Assembly (NCBI GenBank): GCA_028023455.1
Contig: JAQFVV010000008.1
Location: 9,362,001 to 9,426,000, forward strand
Origin: Epiperipatus broadwayi
Lineage: Eukaryota > Animalia > Onychophora
DNA length: 64,000 nucleotides
Direction: 5' to 3'
Positions 24,586-38,626 of this stretch are shown one piece after another. Position 1 is the first letter of the stretch; each line of letters begins with the position of its first letter. The position numbers and the translations under genes were made by a program. The notes under the pieces are model-generated. The model did no database searches and had not been told where the DNA came from. It saw only the letters and a program-made list of their open reading frames with translations.

Positions 24586-26482
24586 GAGCTTTAAGTAGTT
24601 TTATAGATATAGATTTTGTTGCCAAGCAAATGAAAATTGATATTAGAGTGTGCTAACACCAATTTGTGTTCTGTTTTTTGATCTTTGGAACTATGAATAT
24701 TCAACTTTGTAAAAGTTTAATTAAAATGTGTTGTCACTTAGATGCTGGAGTCTATAATTTGAACAATCTAAAAACAAAAATCTCTTTTTGTTTCTACATT
24801 TTCAATATCCTCATAATTTTATAATATTTTTAGCAATTCAAATGCTGATTATATTTTTTAAGTTTCAAATATAATCTACAAAGACTGTGGTTTAGTAGTA
24901 CACATTATATATATATATATATAACAATCACCATTATAATACCCAATGATGGAAGAAAAATTTTCAGCAACTTTTAATTTGGAAATTTAGGGATAAAGCC
25001 AACTTGGATTATAAATTGCAGTACAAATTTCAGTGTGAATTGATTAATCTAACAAATTAGTAGTAGATAAGGACATTATTTTATCCACAGTATAATATGG
25101 AAAGGAAACATGGACTGTTTAGCAATGAAACATAAAGCACTGGAAAGATTTTATTTAAGAATAAATATAAGATTCTAAAAATATATATCATGATGATAAA
25201 ACAATTTGTATGTTGTTCAGCTTGCTGAATGTGATGCTATTGAATCTATTTACTTTTGTAAAAGCATATAATTCATTGTATTGAGTATGTGAAATGAATG
25301 CACTATACAATCTTATTCAAAAATATTCTGTGGCAAATTTTAGTATGCTTTCATGAGAGAGGAACATTATAATAATGATCTAAAAGACATTTTAATGAAA
25401 TGAAATAGAGATTGCTTTCTTTAGGATGATTGAGAATAAAACACATAGAAAGCTATAATTAGAGAGATGTTGAAGTTTTTTAAAAAAATACAATTTTCTA
25501 TAAAATAAATTGAAAGAGGACATTGTAAGATGAAAATAAGCAAATTAAAGGAACAGAATGTGGAGCATGTGTATGTGTCCTTCATGGATTAATTTACATA
25601 ACCATTATTAAACTCATCTCTGAAGTTTTTTTAGTTGTTTTTTTTTTTCAAGGATCAAAAGATCATATTCACTTATGAATGTTTTCTAATGATTATTAAT
25701 TCCTAGGACCTTATATACATGTTTATGACTGTAAAAATAAAATATTTTTTACAAAAATATCAAATTAGTACATGCTGTGATTGCTATTTATTAAAACCAT
25801 TTTTTAAAATTGGTATTTGTTTTATCTCTCTTAGAAAATTGTTACAATATTTTCAGAAATAGAAAAATAAAAGAATACTTTGAGAATGAAAACTGATCTC
25901 TGCTTATTTTTTCCTCCCCAGTCCTGATTGATTATTGCAGCTAATTATTTTTTTTCTCTCAAATACATAAATTGAAAACTATCACATCTGCAGATAGTAA
26001 AAAAGCCCATAGACATTTCTAAAAAATATTATTTAGATAAGTTTTATAGCTCTTATTTTCTTCTTGCTGACAATTAAAAGCTGAACTGTGGTTGTCTTCA
26101 AAAATTTATTTCTAGTAACAATGTAATTTAGTAATTCATGAAAAATAAAGAAAAATAAGTTTTTATGCTAAATTAAGTGTGTAGTTGATTGTTCTGTTAT
26201 TTTTAGATATTTAAGTTAATAGTATAATATGCTATTTCTAATGACTTTTATATATACTGTAAACATATTGTATATTCCCAATCAAATGATGTTGATGGAA
26301 CTAATTAAATTTACATATTTTAAATTATAATTATTAAATGCAACAAGTTCTACATCTTAAATTTTGTTAAGAAAATAGCAATCAATAGTAAACTCTCAGA
26401 AAAAAAAAAATATTTAACTTGGTTATAATATTCTATTGTTTAATTATCATACCTGCTTCTTTTTTTCTCTCATATGTCAAAT

Positions 26483-26590
26483 ACGTTGACCAGGAAGTGC
26501 ACCCAGGCCAGCTGCTGCTAACCATTAGGCCACCAACGCTTGACTACCTGCTTTTATATATGTCAAAGCGCTGACCGGAAAGCGCAAACA
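26483..26590 (-). pseudogene. tRNA-Gly(TCC)-derived copy lacking the anticodon arm (26483-26539) plus an adjacent 3' fragment (26558-26590)
   Basis: Minus strand: gtcaa-gcgttggtggcctaatggttagcagcagctggcctgggtgcacttcctggtcaacgta-tttgacata; second piece ..tttccggtcagcgc-tttgacata. Confidence 0.72.
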
Positions 26591-29500
26591 TACAAGAAAA
26601 CTTTTGCTGCAAGCATTTTAATATTTGTATTTTTTCTTTAATTTACATAATCTAAATTAATAAATAGCAGTAATATCTTTCAATTAGATCTCTCATAACA
26701 AGACACTTATGCAATTATAAAAATTATCTAATTAAACAATAAAGAATATAATAAATAAACAAGATAATTGATGTTTCTGGCATTTCTTGTTCAATTTTCA
26801 ACAAAATCTATATTATAATCTACAATATTAATTATATAAATAATACCATAAAATTTCTTAAATGATCAAATAACTCATTATGTAGCTATTAACTATTTTA
26901 ATAGCAATTTTAAAGACACATTATTAACTCTGTTTTAAAGGGTTAGCTTCTGGTTGTAATAATTGAAAACTTCTCATTAAAAAAAAGAGGTCAATATTAC
27001 ATTGTATAGATGTTTTTTTCCCATAAATTGTACAGAGATAAGATGGTATTTCTTGTGATTGTGAAGTAAATTATTTATTGTCATCCAAACTTAAATCTAC
27101 AATGATATTCAGAACTTATTCAAAATATTTTTATCAAGTTCTTATGAAAAATTGCAAATATTATTAAACACAAGGCTTTGCCAAACTTTATTTAATGTAA
27201 AATGAAATTATTAGAACAACAATGATATCACACATAAATAATTTAATGGCTTGTTATTCAGGAAATCATAAGAAGTTCAAGTATTGAAAATAATAGATCT
27301 GGACATTATCCAAGAATTTTTAGTTCAAAATTACACCACCCTACTACTGCATCAAATTATGCAAGGCCAAAAGTAATTGCTAAGAGAAAATCAGTAGTTT
27401 TACTCATAAAAACATTGTTTGAAGAATCATCTAAAAATTCATTAATATAACAGATTAATAATATTTTTTTTACTTCTGTTGTATAATAGTCAAGATTTCC
27501 TCGATTATATAGATTACACTCTTCCTTTACAACATTAGTAGAAGTCTGACACAGAAATTGTTATAATAACTATTTGCTTAAACATCAGTCTAAGAAGTGA
27601 GTAGAGTTCCTAAAGATCTCAAACTTTTACAAGTGGTTGACTTTTTATACATTTATAAAAGTTGTGATTTTTAGATCATAATTATTTATATTATTTGCTT
27701 TCAGAAGAATTTTAACTTGTTCAAATAAAAGGGTCAATTTTCAGGACAATTTAAATCACCTTCTTATATTGGTCCTATTTTAGCTATTGTGATACTTTTT
27801 TCTTTTAAATATTTTTTCAATGGCATAGAGTAGTTCCAATTAAAATCTCAAGCATAACTTTCATGCAAATTTCATCTTGCTTTTATTTTACATTCCATAA
27901 TTAGTAAATATATAACTAGTTATATCTGCAAAAATTTGATTATGTTTGAAAGTTATATGAGCCGATATAATTAAGATATACATCTTGACTTACATAAATA
28001 CTAAAATATTACATATAATAGTACACATATTTGATATGAAAATTAGTAAAAAAAATATGACTCAATTATTAGTATTAATCAAATTACATTATTTATTGAT
28101 TACTGTAGTTTTGTCAATCAATATGAGGGTTATCGCCATGTTTATACAGAATAGGTTATTATGTTTATAATTGTCAGTGATATTTATATCATGATTGCTA
28201 TCATGCTGCAACCATACTGACAGTGTTAGTTACCAAGAAGTAACCAGGTATAATTATCCATTAAAAATGACTTTTCATATCGTTAATTTTCTTTGAGATT
28301 ATTATATTATATTAAAACACAGAACAGAGTGAAAATGATATTTTATTACAATGTTTTGAAAATATAATTGTTTTTTATAACTTTAACTAAGATTATTGAT
28401 TAAAAGAATGTCTTGCAATACTAAGCTCAAGTTTCCAATTCAAGCTTTGCTGAGTCTTAATAATATTTTTTTCAAAGTTAATTATTCCAGAAAACATGTT
28501 GACATTGTTATCCAATGTCTGTTGGATTACACAATAATGTAAAGATGTCTAAAATTATGACAGATATCAATACTATTTTTTTAAAAAAAAATATGTGTGA
28601 AATACCTGTTTTAAAAATAATTACTTACAATTGCTCTCACATGGGCAGTTTTATGTTGAACAGAAATATAAGTGATAATATAATAACTGAACTTTTCAAT
28701 GCACTGTATTTTTTTTAAAAAAGTATATTTTGATCTGCAGGCAGTAAACCTTTACTGTAAATTTTACCAGACATCTATTAATTTCTGGATTATAAAATAA
28801 AACATAGAAAGACAGATATTTTATGCCTCCAGGAACATCTAGAATAAATATATTTCCATATTGTTTTTGAATACTTGATAATAGTATTATTGGTCGAATG
28901 TAGATCTCTTTGACTTATCTAAAAAAGACTAAAGTTTTGATATTTTATTCTGATAATAACAAAATAATTTGATTAAATTCAATTAAAGTTGTCTTAAAAA
29001 TATAATTGTTATAATTCAAATTTTATATGCATTTTTTTCTTCAAATATGTATTTTGAAATTAGGAATATTTTTGTTAAAGTGAAAAATGTAAATAGGCTA
29101 AAATCTTCAATAAAAATTGCTATATATCTATCATTGTTCCATTAGTTCTGACTTATTTAAACTTCATTAACTTTTATCATTTGTTTCTCAAGTCATTTGT
29201 ATTTACCTTTTCATTTCTATTTTTTATAGAATAAATTAGCTCATTCATAATTTGAATTAACTTTTCTTTTTTTGGAATAAATAAATATGATCTATTTGCA
29301 AATATGCTAAGTTTTCCACATTTTCTGGAACATGATAATATTTTGTCTTTAGAATCATTTCTATTTAGAAAGTGTTCAAGTTACATTGTCTCAAAATTTC
29401 TTCAACAATTATATTATATGCAAAAAAAAAAATTTGAAATCAGTCTGTTAATTTCCGAGTTATAGGGAAACAGACTTTTTTCATTTGTTTGTGTAAAAAT

Positions 29501-31029
29501 ATATGTATATGTATAGTTGTAAAAGTTATATATTTTTATTTTATTTATTTATAGGTTTGTATGTATAATGTTAATTATATTGTTTAAGTGAATAATGTCC
29601 AAGAGGTGGAGTAAATATAATTAATAAGTCATGTGATGTATCTTGAAAAGATCTCAATAAGGCATGAAAGCCAGATTGATAATTAAATAATTGTAAATAT
29701 AATTAGTTGTTTGTTTCAATCTTATTTAAATTGATTATATTTTAAAGAAGTGCAGTGTTGATTATCCCAGTAGCAAGACATGACAGAGAATAGAATACAT
29801 TGGAAACTACGATTAGACATAGTATTGAAGTATTTCAGGAAAAGTTTTTTTCTGCAAAGCATCAAAAATTGGCTGAAGAAGGAGAGACTTTTTTATAGTG
29901 GACATTAGGTGATGGAAAAGGAAGGTAGTGCAAAGGTCTGGCAGCTGAAGTAATTGGATGATTTGGTGTCTAAGCAGAAAAAACATTTAGTTAAGCTGAC
30001 TGCGTGATAATGCTTCAAAGATGTGAATGTTTTTTTAAAGTAATATATGTAAATTAAGGAAACTGATGCACACCAGAATGGTAGAAGAAGGACTCAAATT
30101 TGTTATATGTAATGTTTTAAGACCTTTGGTTTAAAAACTTTTGCTATGAGAAGTTATCTATATTCTTGTAAACTATGTAAATTGATTTTCATGCAATCAA
30201 AGATGTTGATTCTGATGGATGGCCCTGATAGGAGGCTTATGTTAATTTGATATCATTTAATTCTCCTTAGGTTCCTTTTAAAGTAAATGAACATGTTATT
30301 GACCCTTATGTTGGATTCATTGTAAATTACCATGTTATTTGATTGATAAGAATTCTATATATATGCAATGTAATGGTAAATAAATGTGTATTTTGAAACT
30401 AAAATAAAGGTCAACATTGCAAGTATCAAATAAACAGAAAAATGGATCATCATGTGAATGAACTTGTGTTTCATAAATTAATTTGTACAATCATTGCAAA
30501 ACTCATCTCTTAAGTAGTTTTTTTTTTTTAAGTTGGATTCACAATTCTCATTTATGAGTGACTGCTGTATATATAGACACATTTCCTATAATATAAGTGA
30601 TGTATATATTCTCTTCTTCTTTGCCTTCACTTTCTTTGCATATCTTCATAAGAGTGTCATAAGCAATATATATGATGTATATATTAAATAAAGTACAAGT
30701 AAATGAGAGACATTCAAATTTTTCTGTTGACCAAAGTTTTTAGAGAAAGATTACTTTTGCAGACATAACATTAAAGATTAGACCAATAAAGATAACCCCA
30801 ATATTTTGTTTATTTTGAAGCTATATAAATAGTTAAAATAAAATTTGTTCACTGCAACAGCATTCTGTTCTAAATCCAACATGTTGTAGAAATAATTGGT
30901 TCTCGATTATTTATATAATTTTTGTTAAGATCAATCTTTCAGAGATTTAAGCAGATCTGGCAGCAACTGAGGCAGAATAGACAATGGTTCAGAAACAAAA
31001 AGATTTGCAAACATTTTTTTTTTGTAATC

Positions 31030-32000
31030 AGAAAATTTTACGAGCTATTTTGATTATTCGTTACGGATTGATTTCAGAATAAATGAACACATTAGTCAAG
31101 AATGCTTATGGTGGAGACCACTCTCAATCCGAACCTGCCTGTATAAAACATATAATAATTTTTTGGATCCATATTAGATTTTTTTGGTTTTAAAACTGAC
31201 AGTTTGCTTTCAGGAATGATAAGATCTTCCAGCACGCCGTTCTTTATTAAACATAATTAACTGTCTCACATTTATATATACATAAGCATACAGACATATA
31301 TAATTGTTTTGCCACGTTGATCATGTGAAGGTTGAAAAAAAAGTTTTATAAATAATGCCAAGTCTTTTCATTATTATTATTTATGTTTTGCAGAAAGTGA
31401 ACAACTTTGATAATTAATTCTTTATAGACCGTTTTTATTCATCCTTAATAAGATAGTAAACGTATAATATCGTTGAAGTCTTTATTCGTATGCAGTACAT
31501 AGGAAACTTTAATCAGGTTTTAAAAGGTTATTGGCTATTATTGTATTATCAATCATACGTAAAAAAAAAAAAAAGTTATTTCATTGATTTTGAATATTAT
31601 CTTTGAAAGCATATCCTAATGTCATTTATATTATAATCACTAGTAAGTTTTTAAAATTTTAAAAATTACTAAATGAAAAATAAAATCTAACAAAAGAAAA
31701 GTACCAGCAAAGTAGTTTATAATTTAAGCTGCCTTTTCGCCTGAGGCCTCATATTATTTGAGCTCGAAGCCCGAAGGCTTAAGAAATGCAAAGTAATTAA
31801 ACGTTTGTTATTACTGTATATTAACAATATTTGATTAAAAATATTTTCAAATGACATAATTAAATTTTCTGCGATATATAAATAAAAAAATTAAAATATT
31901 TTGTTACTGTGCACCATATGTAAAATTTTTGAAGGAACATCATGGAGTCCATGTCATTAGTCGTCATTAATCTTTTAATCGTTTTTAACAGCCATTGTAA
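31030..32000. promoter_or_regulatory. CpG-retaining patch
   Basis: ttacgag, ttcgttacgg, tccgaa, gcacgccg, ttcgcc, ctcgaagcccgaagg, gtcgtc cluster in CpG-poor surroundings. Confidence 0.4.
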
Positions 32001-33928
32001 ATGAAAAGAAATTTAACCTCATCTTTCAGACCTTATTCAAGAAGCTTAGATTATTAATTATTGAATTAAATAAAGATAATTACTAAAAAAAAAAAATTTC
32101 CAGTTTTATAATTCACTTAAAGATATTTAAGCATAACAAAACTAGTATGAGGCAAGAAAATTCAAATTCAAAGGTCATAGATCATCCTAAAAAGAATTTT
32201 ACATGAAGGAATACAAGTTAAAAAATACAGTAGCAACCTGATTATAAGATAAACATTTTCAAAAGGGGAAAGAGTAATTTTATATTTTTTATGCATGCTG
32301 CTTAGAATTTTATTAAACTTGAATAAATATTAATAACCCTTGGTGTGCATATGTTATGAAGTAGATTCACATTTAACTAATCTTTTGAATCATTGATTCA
32401 AAATATTCATTGGGAGTTATAAAGATAATTATGCATACATTTGTGCATATGTTTAATTGTATGAAGATATATTTGTTTTGTTTACACACACACACACATT
32501 TATACTTTGTCTATGCTGAAGTAAAATATTTATATATTTATTAATTAATATTTTGACTGCTATTTTATATATATATATAATTGATAAATGAACATAGTTT
32601 AGTTAGAAAGTATTTTATACATTATAAAAACCTATATAACATTCAGTATTAATATTACTTTTGTAAATGTTAAAAGAATATTATTCAAATTTTTTAAAAA
32701 AAACATGATATCTAAAATATTGTTTTTAGTGAGATGAAATATAAAAAGAAATGATATGGCTCATAACATAATAGTTACATATGCATCTGTCATGCCAACA
32801 ATCTGTGCTCAAATCAGTTCCAGGTGAATCTTAATATTTTTTTTTTAGATTACAAACTGGTTTGAGATTTTTCTTTCAGGTAAATGACTACTATTAGACC
32901 TTCTAATAGTGGTCAGTAAAAGGGTATTTTGCTATTCTTAGAAAATAAAAACCACAGGTTAGTTTAAATTAGTCAGATAAATATCAACATATTGTCTGTA
33001 AAAATACAATTGATATATATATAATCTATAGAATGGATACAGATATTGGGTCTGAGGTTACTTTACCTTTTCTATATATATATAAATAAACACAATATTG
33101 CTATTTCAAAACAGATAATTCTAAAAGAATGTGTGTCTTCAAAATAAATTATTATGTTTTTAATGAAGAAATTGATTTTATTATGGGAAATTTCCAATTA
33201 CTATAAGGATTCAAGGAAGAACTTTAAAATTAATAAAAGATTCAAGAGGTAGAATTTTTTGAATTAATAAATGTTTATATATATAATCTGCACCAACAAA
33301 AAAATTATAAAATAAAACATAATGGAAAATAAATATTAGTATCAAGTTTTAAGTGTCAAATTTTTATTTTATGAATAATTGCAAATATATTCTATATATG
33401 TTAGTATATACGTATGTAATTCTATGTGTTAGCATAAAATTGAAGTAAACAGTATATGTATCTATGTTTTAGAAGCAATACAGTGTGCATGGATAGCATG
33501 AAATGTAAGTAAGCAATAGAAGCTTTATTGAACTTATAATATTCCTTTTTAAAAAAATTAAAAGATTTAATATTACAAAGAAGGAACAACCCCTCCAGTC
33601 TTAAGAATCTCCTTGCACTCACCCATGAGGGATTAGATATGTAGGATGTGCTATATAAATAACAGAATATTTATTAAAAATAAAAGATTTAGTTAAAAAA
33701 ACAAGTCAATAAGATTTTGATTATCTGCCATGTTAATAAATCATAATAGAGATTTTATATTAAGAATGATATTTATAATAACTGAAACACAGGTTTATTA
33801 TATACCTATGTCTATATATGTAATATATAGGGTATATGAGCACAGACTTTCACATGACCCACCACTCTTCACTCTATCTCATAACACTGATACACTTGAA
33901 CACATATATGTCGAAAAGATAACTAATT

Positions 33929-33972
33929 ACCAATAAACGTATTTCATGCTAAACCAGCAATCATCAGTTGGT
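33929..33972 (-). ncRNA. Type I hammerhead ribozyme (family 2), core intact
   Basis: Minus strand: accaa-CTGATGA-t-tgct ggttt agca-t-GAA-ATACGTTT-A|ttggt. Stem I is 5 bp; the two-arm consensus of stem III is the palindrome AUACGUAU. Confidence 0.7.
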
Positions 33973-34251
33973 TTAGATTACCATCTCTACACATATATGC
34001 TATAAGTGCTTAGATATATATTAAGATAGCCAATCTTCATACTTTAATGGACAGGCTTCAATCTACTCCAACTCTTCAACCATCCATCCAATTTTGGATG
34101 GACGGTTGAAGAGTTGGAGTGTGGAGTAGGATGGGGAGTTGAAGAGTTGGATGTGGAGTAGATTGAAGTCTGTCCATTAAAGTATGAAGATTGGCTATCT
34201 TAATATATATCTGAGCACTTATAGCATATATGTGTAGAGATGGTAATCTAG

Positions 34252-34295
34252 ACCAACTGATTATTGCTGGTTTAGCATAAAATACATATATTGGT
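34252..34295 (+). ncRNA. Family 2 hammerhead, decayed (G8U, G12A)
   Basis: accaa-CTGATTA-ttgctggtttagcat-AAA-ATACATAT-A-ttggt. Confidence 0.6.
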
Positions 34296-35339
34296 TATTA
34301 GTTATCTTTTCAACATATATGTGTTCAAGTGTACCAGTGTTATGAGATAGAGTGGAGTGTGGTGGGTCATGTAAAAGTCTGTGCTCATATAACCTATATA
34401 TTAATGATATTTATATTTAAATAATAAATAGTAATTGCAACCAATAATCAAATGGTTTTATTGCTCAGGAATTCATAAGTAGTGTTAGTCTGGAAGTTCT
34501 AGAACTGAAATTGATGTGAGACTTGTGCTCCAGAATCTGATGTTCTACTACTGCACTAAACCACATAGAGCTTTGCAACCAATAGCAATTGGTGAAGTGT
34601 AATATGATCTGTGAGGAATAAAAATATTTTTGTGAAGAACATGATCTATGAAAATAGCATACATCATAAAAATATGATGTACATTTAAATACAAAAAAAG
34701 ATTGCTAGCCTCAAGTGATAAGACTAGATTATCAATAGGAAATAAAAAATGATCTTTCTGTGAAGTATACAATATAATAGTTATAACATCTCTAGTGCTG
34801 TGATATTACACAGGTCTTAAGATTTGCCAATTAGTTGATTTGGATCATCAGCAAGCAAGATGATTGTCTCAAGATTGGTGAACTAAAATTTATATTAGAG
34901 ACAGAATTGATCATTTATGTTTTTATAGTCTATAAATAAAGTTGTTTAAATGTATATATGTGAACAGGTGTACAATGTGAAATGACTGAAAATAGTATTG
35001 TTAAAGTTTTGGCTGAATTATGTAATTATGGTAAATTAGATTTAATTTTAATTTATTTATAAACACAGTTGCCTATATACTTAGATAATTTACTGATAAG
35101 AAATTAATGATAAATTTAAAGTAATTACAGTTATTTTATATATTTATGTCACTTAAAATTTGAGATTAAGGACATAAACTGTTGACATTTTTGGTAAGTC
35201 AACACTTATAGAATCAGGTACAGGAAAGCATCTGCCACATTCATAATAGCAAGATAGTAATGAAAATATCTTTGTTAGATATATTATCAAATACTTTTTT
35301 TTGTAAAAGATAATTTTTAATAACAATCTATTTTTTGCA

Positions 35340-35880
35340 GAATAAAGTTTTTTCATGTTTAATCTAATTTCTTAATCTATAACTTTTTTTTTCACATTAT
35401 CAAATTTTCTTCTCTTGAATATTTGTGATTATTTTATAGATCATTTACATTCTCTAGGGATCTAGTTTAATGTTTCAGTTGTTTCATCTGCTATCATCTT
35501 TTCTAGTAACATATCCAATCTAATTTTATTTCAGACTTGTAATTTTTTTAAATAAGGTCAATGATACTTTTTTTTTTTTTTACCCACATATTTAATTTCC
35601 CATCTTTTCTTGTTAAGATCATCATATACTTACCTTTTTTTGTTAATACCATTCCATATTTCATTCTTTGATCTGTAGTTTCTACATTGCTCTTCTATTA
35701 AGTATCTATATCTTAGATTTTTTTAAATAATCAATAGTAAAACATTTGTTAAAAACTTTTTTTTTCAAGAATACAAGCTTATTTTTCATAATAATATTTC
35801 TACCAAAAGGATATAATCTAAGTTTAGTTTTACGTTTACTTTCATATTATTGTCCCATATATTTTAATAATCTGAATTTT
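35340..35880 (-). mobile_element. Decayed RTE LINE 3' fragment
   Basis: The minus strand aligns by eye to 53460-53860 (tcagattattaa.., tttttaacaaatg, attgacctt..aaaaatt, aacattaaactagatccctagagaatgtaaa). Confidence 0.65.
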
Positions 35881-37004
35881 TCTATTATTATTTAAAATAT
35901 AATCAAAATATGTCTTTTATTTAATCAATATATAATCATTATTATATAAAAGAGTGTCATTCATATCCAATTTTAAAGTATATTGTATGTTAGAATTCAA
36001 AATATAAATATGTAACAACAACAGATTTCAATAAAATAGATGAAAATACTTTAGTTGAATGTACAAGCTAAGCTTTATATAAGAAAAAAGTGTAGATGAT
36101 GATGATAAAGCTATCTAAAGGATTAATCATGGAATTCTAATTTGTTATAATTTTGCTTATCAAATCAAATTTTCCTGAATACAAATATATATATAGTTAT
36201 ATGCTGTATAAAAGTTAAGTACAAGATAAAATTTACAATATGCAAATTATAAAATTCTTTTGTTATACTTTTTGTAATATACATATATGTGTGTGTGTAT
36301 TTATAAGGAAAGAAATAACCCACTTGCTAATAAACAAATTGACAATATTTTATATCAAGTTATCATCACAATTACTATTTAAATAATATACTACCCTGAT
36401 GCTTATTAATTTGGATAAATAAATAAAATTTAAAAAAACTTTTTTTTTTTTTTTTGGTAGGATAAGAATTTTTATACTATATATTAAATAATGATATTTA
36501 ACATTGACCCAATTACTTGTATAAACTTTCTTTGCGGTGTCAATTTAAATGACAGGCTTTCTGTTTAAATCTTCAGATATAAACATTATTATGCTCAACA
36601 TCAATATTTTTTTTTTTTAACTCAAGCACACTATTAAATTAAATGTATTTTAATGATATGGTTTAATTATATCATAAACCAAATCATTTTTTCTTCTACA
36701 AGCAAATACAAGTCACCTTTATAACATATTTCAATTGAATCAATCTCATTTAGTTTGGAATATGTCATGGGCTCTGTGTTTGTACTTTTCTTAAGTATTG
36801 GCTATTTGTCTGTAAAAGTAAAAGGAGTCAGTTTGGATCGTAATTATGAAACATACAATATTACCTAAGTTATTATATACAGTTAATTAAAATAATGTTT
36901 GGTTGTCTATTATTCTTATTTTTTTCTGTTATTGTTAAAACTGAATTAATATATATTTTTGTTTTTAAGATATCATGTGTGTTCATTAGCTGAAATCTTC
37001 TATA

Positions 37005-37230
37005 AAATATTTTAAATGCTTCTTAATTACATTACTTTCAGCCACACTTCTCTTTTAAATAAAGAAAAGCTTGAATTTTGCAGCCCATTCAAAAGTGGGA
37101 ATTCCTTTTGAATGAGTCAAAAGGAATCCCCCTTTTGAATGGATTGCAAAATTCAAGCTTTTTTTTATTATTATTATTTAAAAGGAGAGTACGGATGAAA
37201 GTAATGTAGCTAAGTGGCATTTAATATATA
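37005..37230. repeat. Fold-back inverted repeat, ~105 bp arms, 4-nt spacer
   Basis: aaaagcttgaattttgcagcccattcaaaag..attccttttga / tcaaaaggaat..ttttgaatggattgcaaaattcaagctttt, extending outward to tacattactttca / tgaaagtaatgta. Confidence 0.88.
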
Positions 37231-37373
37231 TATATGGTGAATTTTGAGAGAAAATCAAATTCTCTCTCACATTTATAATAAAAATTCTGTCTGTATTAAC
37301 TTATTTGATTGATTCTCTTTATTTAGTCATTAGTAAATCTTTGTTACTGTAAACAATGATCAAATAAAAAAAA

Positions 37374-38626
37374 GGTGAGTCAAAAATAATCTGCACTATT
37401 ATTATATTAAACCTTCTGTTGGTTGCACTGTCTTATTATAGTTTGTACACGATTGTTTTCAATGTATTTTTGAATGTGATTCAAATGTAACTCTGATGAG
37501 AGAAACAATGACTATCCCACTTATGATTTTTAAGAAAGAAGAGCAACTTGCAGTGATTCATTTTTTGTGATCTGAATGTGGACCTGGTGTCAATATTTAT
37601 CAAAGACTTTATGCACCATATGGAGAAAGTATTTTGTCATATAGAAGGATGTATTAATGAATAAAGAAATTCAAGAAATGTTGCACAAATATCAGCCATA
37701 AAGAAGGAGACAATTGCCTATCCATATCCATGACCTATGATAACATTGAGCATGCACATTCTGTTGGATAGATAAGTGACAGAGAATTAGTGGCAAATAA
37801 TTAGAAAGTCACCATGATTCTGTCTATATAATAATCTATAATAAATAACAAACTCAGATTTCAAAAAGTTTGTGCATGATGCTTACTAAAACAACTCCAA
37901 AGAAGATCACAACAGAAGCATTTGGACATCTGCAAACAAAATTTGGGCTGATACTCTAATGAAAATGAAAGTTTATTTTTAAAAAATCATTACTAGTGAC
38001 AAGCCATGTATTTTATCTCTATAAGCATGAGAGTAAACAGCAGAATATAAAATCAAAATATCATCAATTGTCGATTAAGAAAAAATTCAAAAGTCTGAAA
38101 AAGTGATGCTTGCAGTTTTCTGGGATTTTCAGGGACTAATGTTGAAACATTATCAGAAAAGGAATGTTCTACAATCAACAGTATTTATTATAGTGAAATG
38201 CTGTCTAAAGAGTTTAAAGCCAAAATTCAGACAATACAGAGGATTATTATCTGAAGAAATTATGTTGTTGTATAGCAATACCTTTCTGCACATTGCTGTC
38301 CCACAGACTCCTCCCTATAGTCCTGATCTTTTTTCATAAGACTATTGTCTTTTTGGTCCCCTGAAAGAAGCTTTACAAAGACAAAAACACATCTGGAGAA
38401 GAGATGGAGGTAATGGTGGATTCATAGGCATAGTTCAGCCTATATTTTTTAATGAAGAATACGATAGTTTGCTGATAGATGTACAAAATGTATTGAAAAT
38501 CAGGATGATTACTATTCTGATTAAAAGCAGGTAGATTATATTGAAAAATATGTATTTGCCTTTTCTGAAAGTTCATTAAAATAAATTCTATAGCCAGAGA
38601 GTAGATAATTTTTGACTCACTCTCAT
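37374..38626 (+). mobile_element. Full-length decayed mariner (Tc1/mariner) transposon
   Basis: TIRs ggtgagtcaaaaataatctgcact (37374-37397) and agtagataatttttgactcac(tctca) (38600-38626). Broken ORF contains EEQLAVIHFL, IITSD, KVMLAVFWD.QG and PPYSPDL..DY.LFGPLKEAL. Length ~1.25 kb. Confidence 0.9.

Larger units (their letters stand above)
33765..34415. mobile_element. Palindromic insertion of hammerhead family 2, 13-bp TSD
   Basis: Hairpin centre tccaa-tt-ttgga at 34087-34098 with ~300 bp arms; AATGATATTTATA at 33765-33777 and 34403-34415. Confidence 0.85.

Noticed and set aside
30948-31060. RFKQIWQQLRQNRQWFRNKK as a homeodomain-like exon
   Set aside because: Lacks proper WFQNRR spacing and a donor site; the frame runs into a T-run and a stop.
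37495-37520. ctgatga-ga-gaaacaatgac inside the mariner 5' region
   Set aside because: No stem II or stem III pairing; a chance match.
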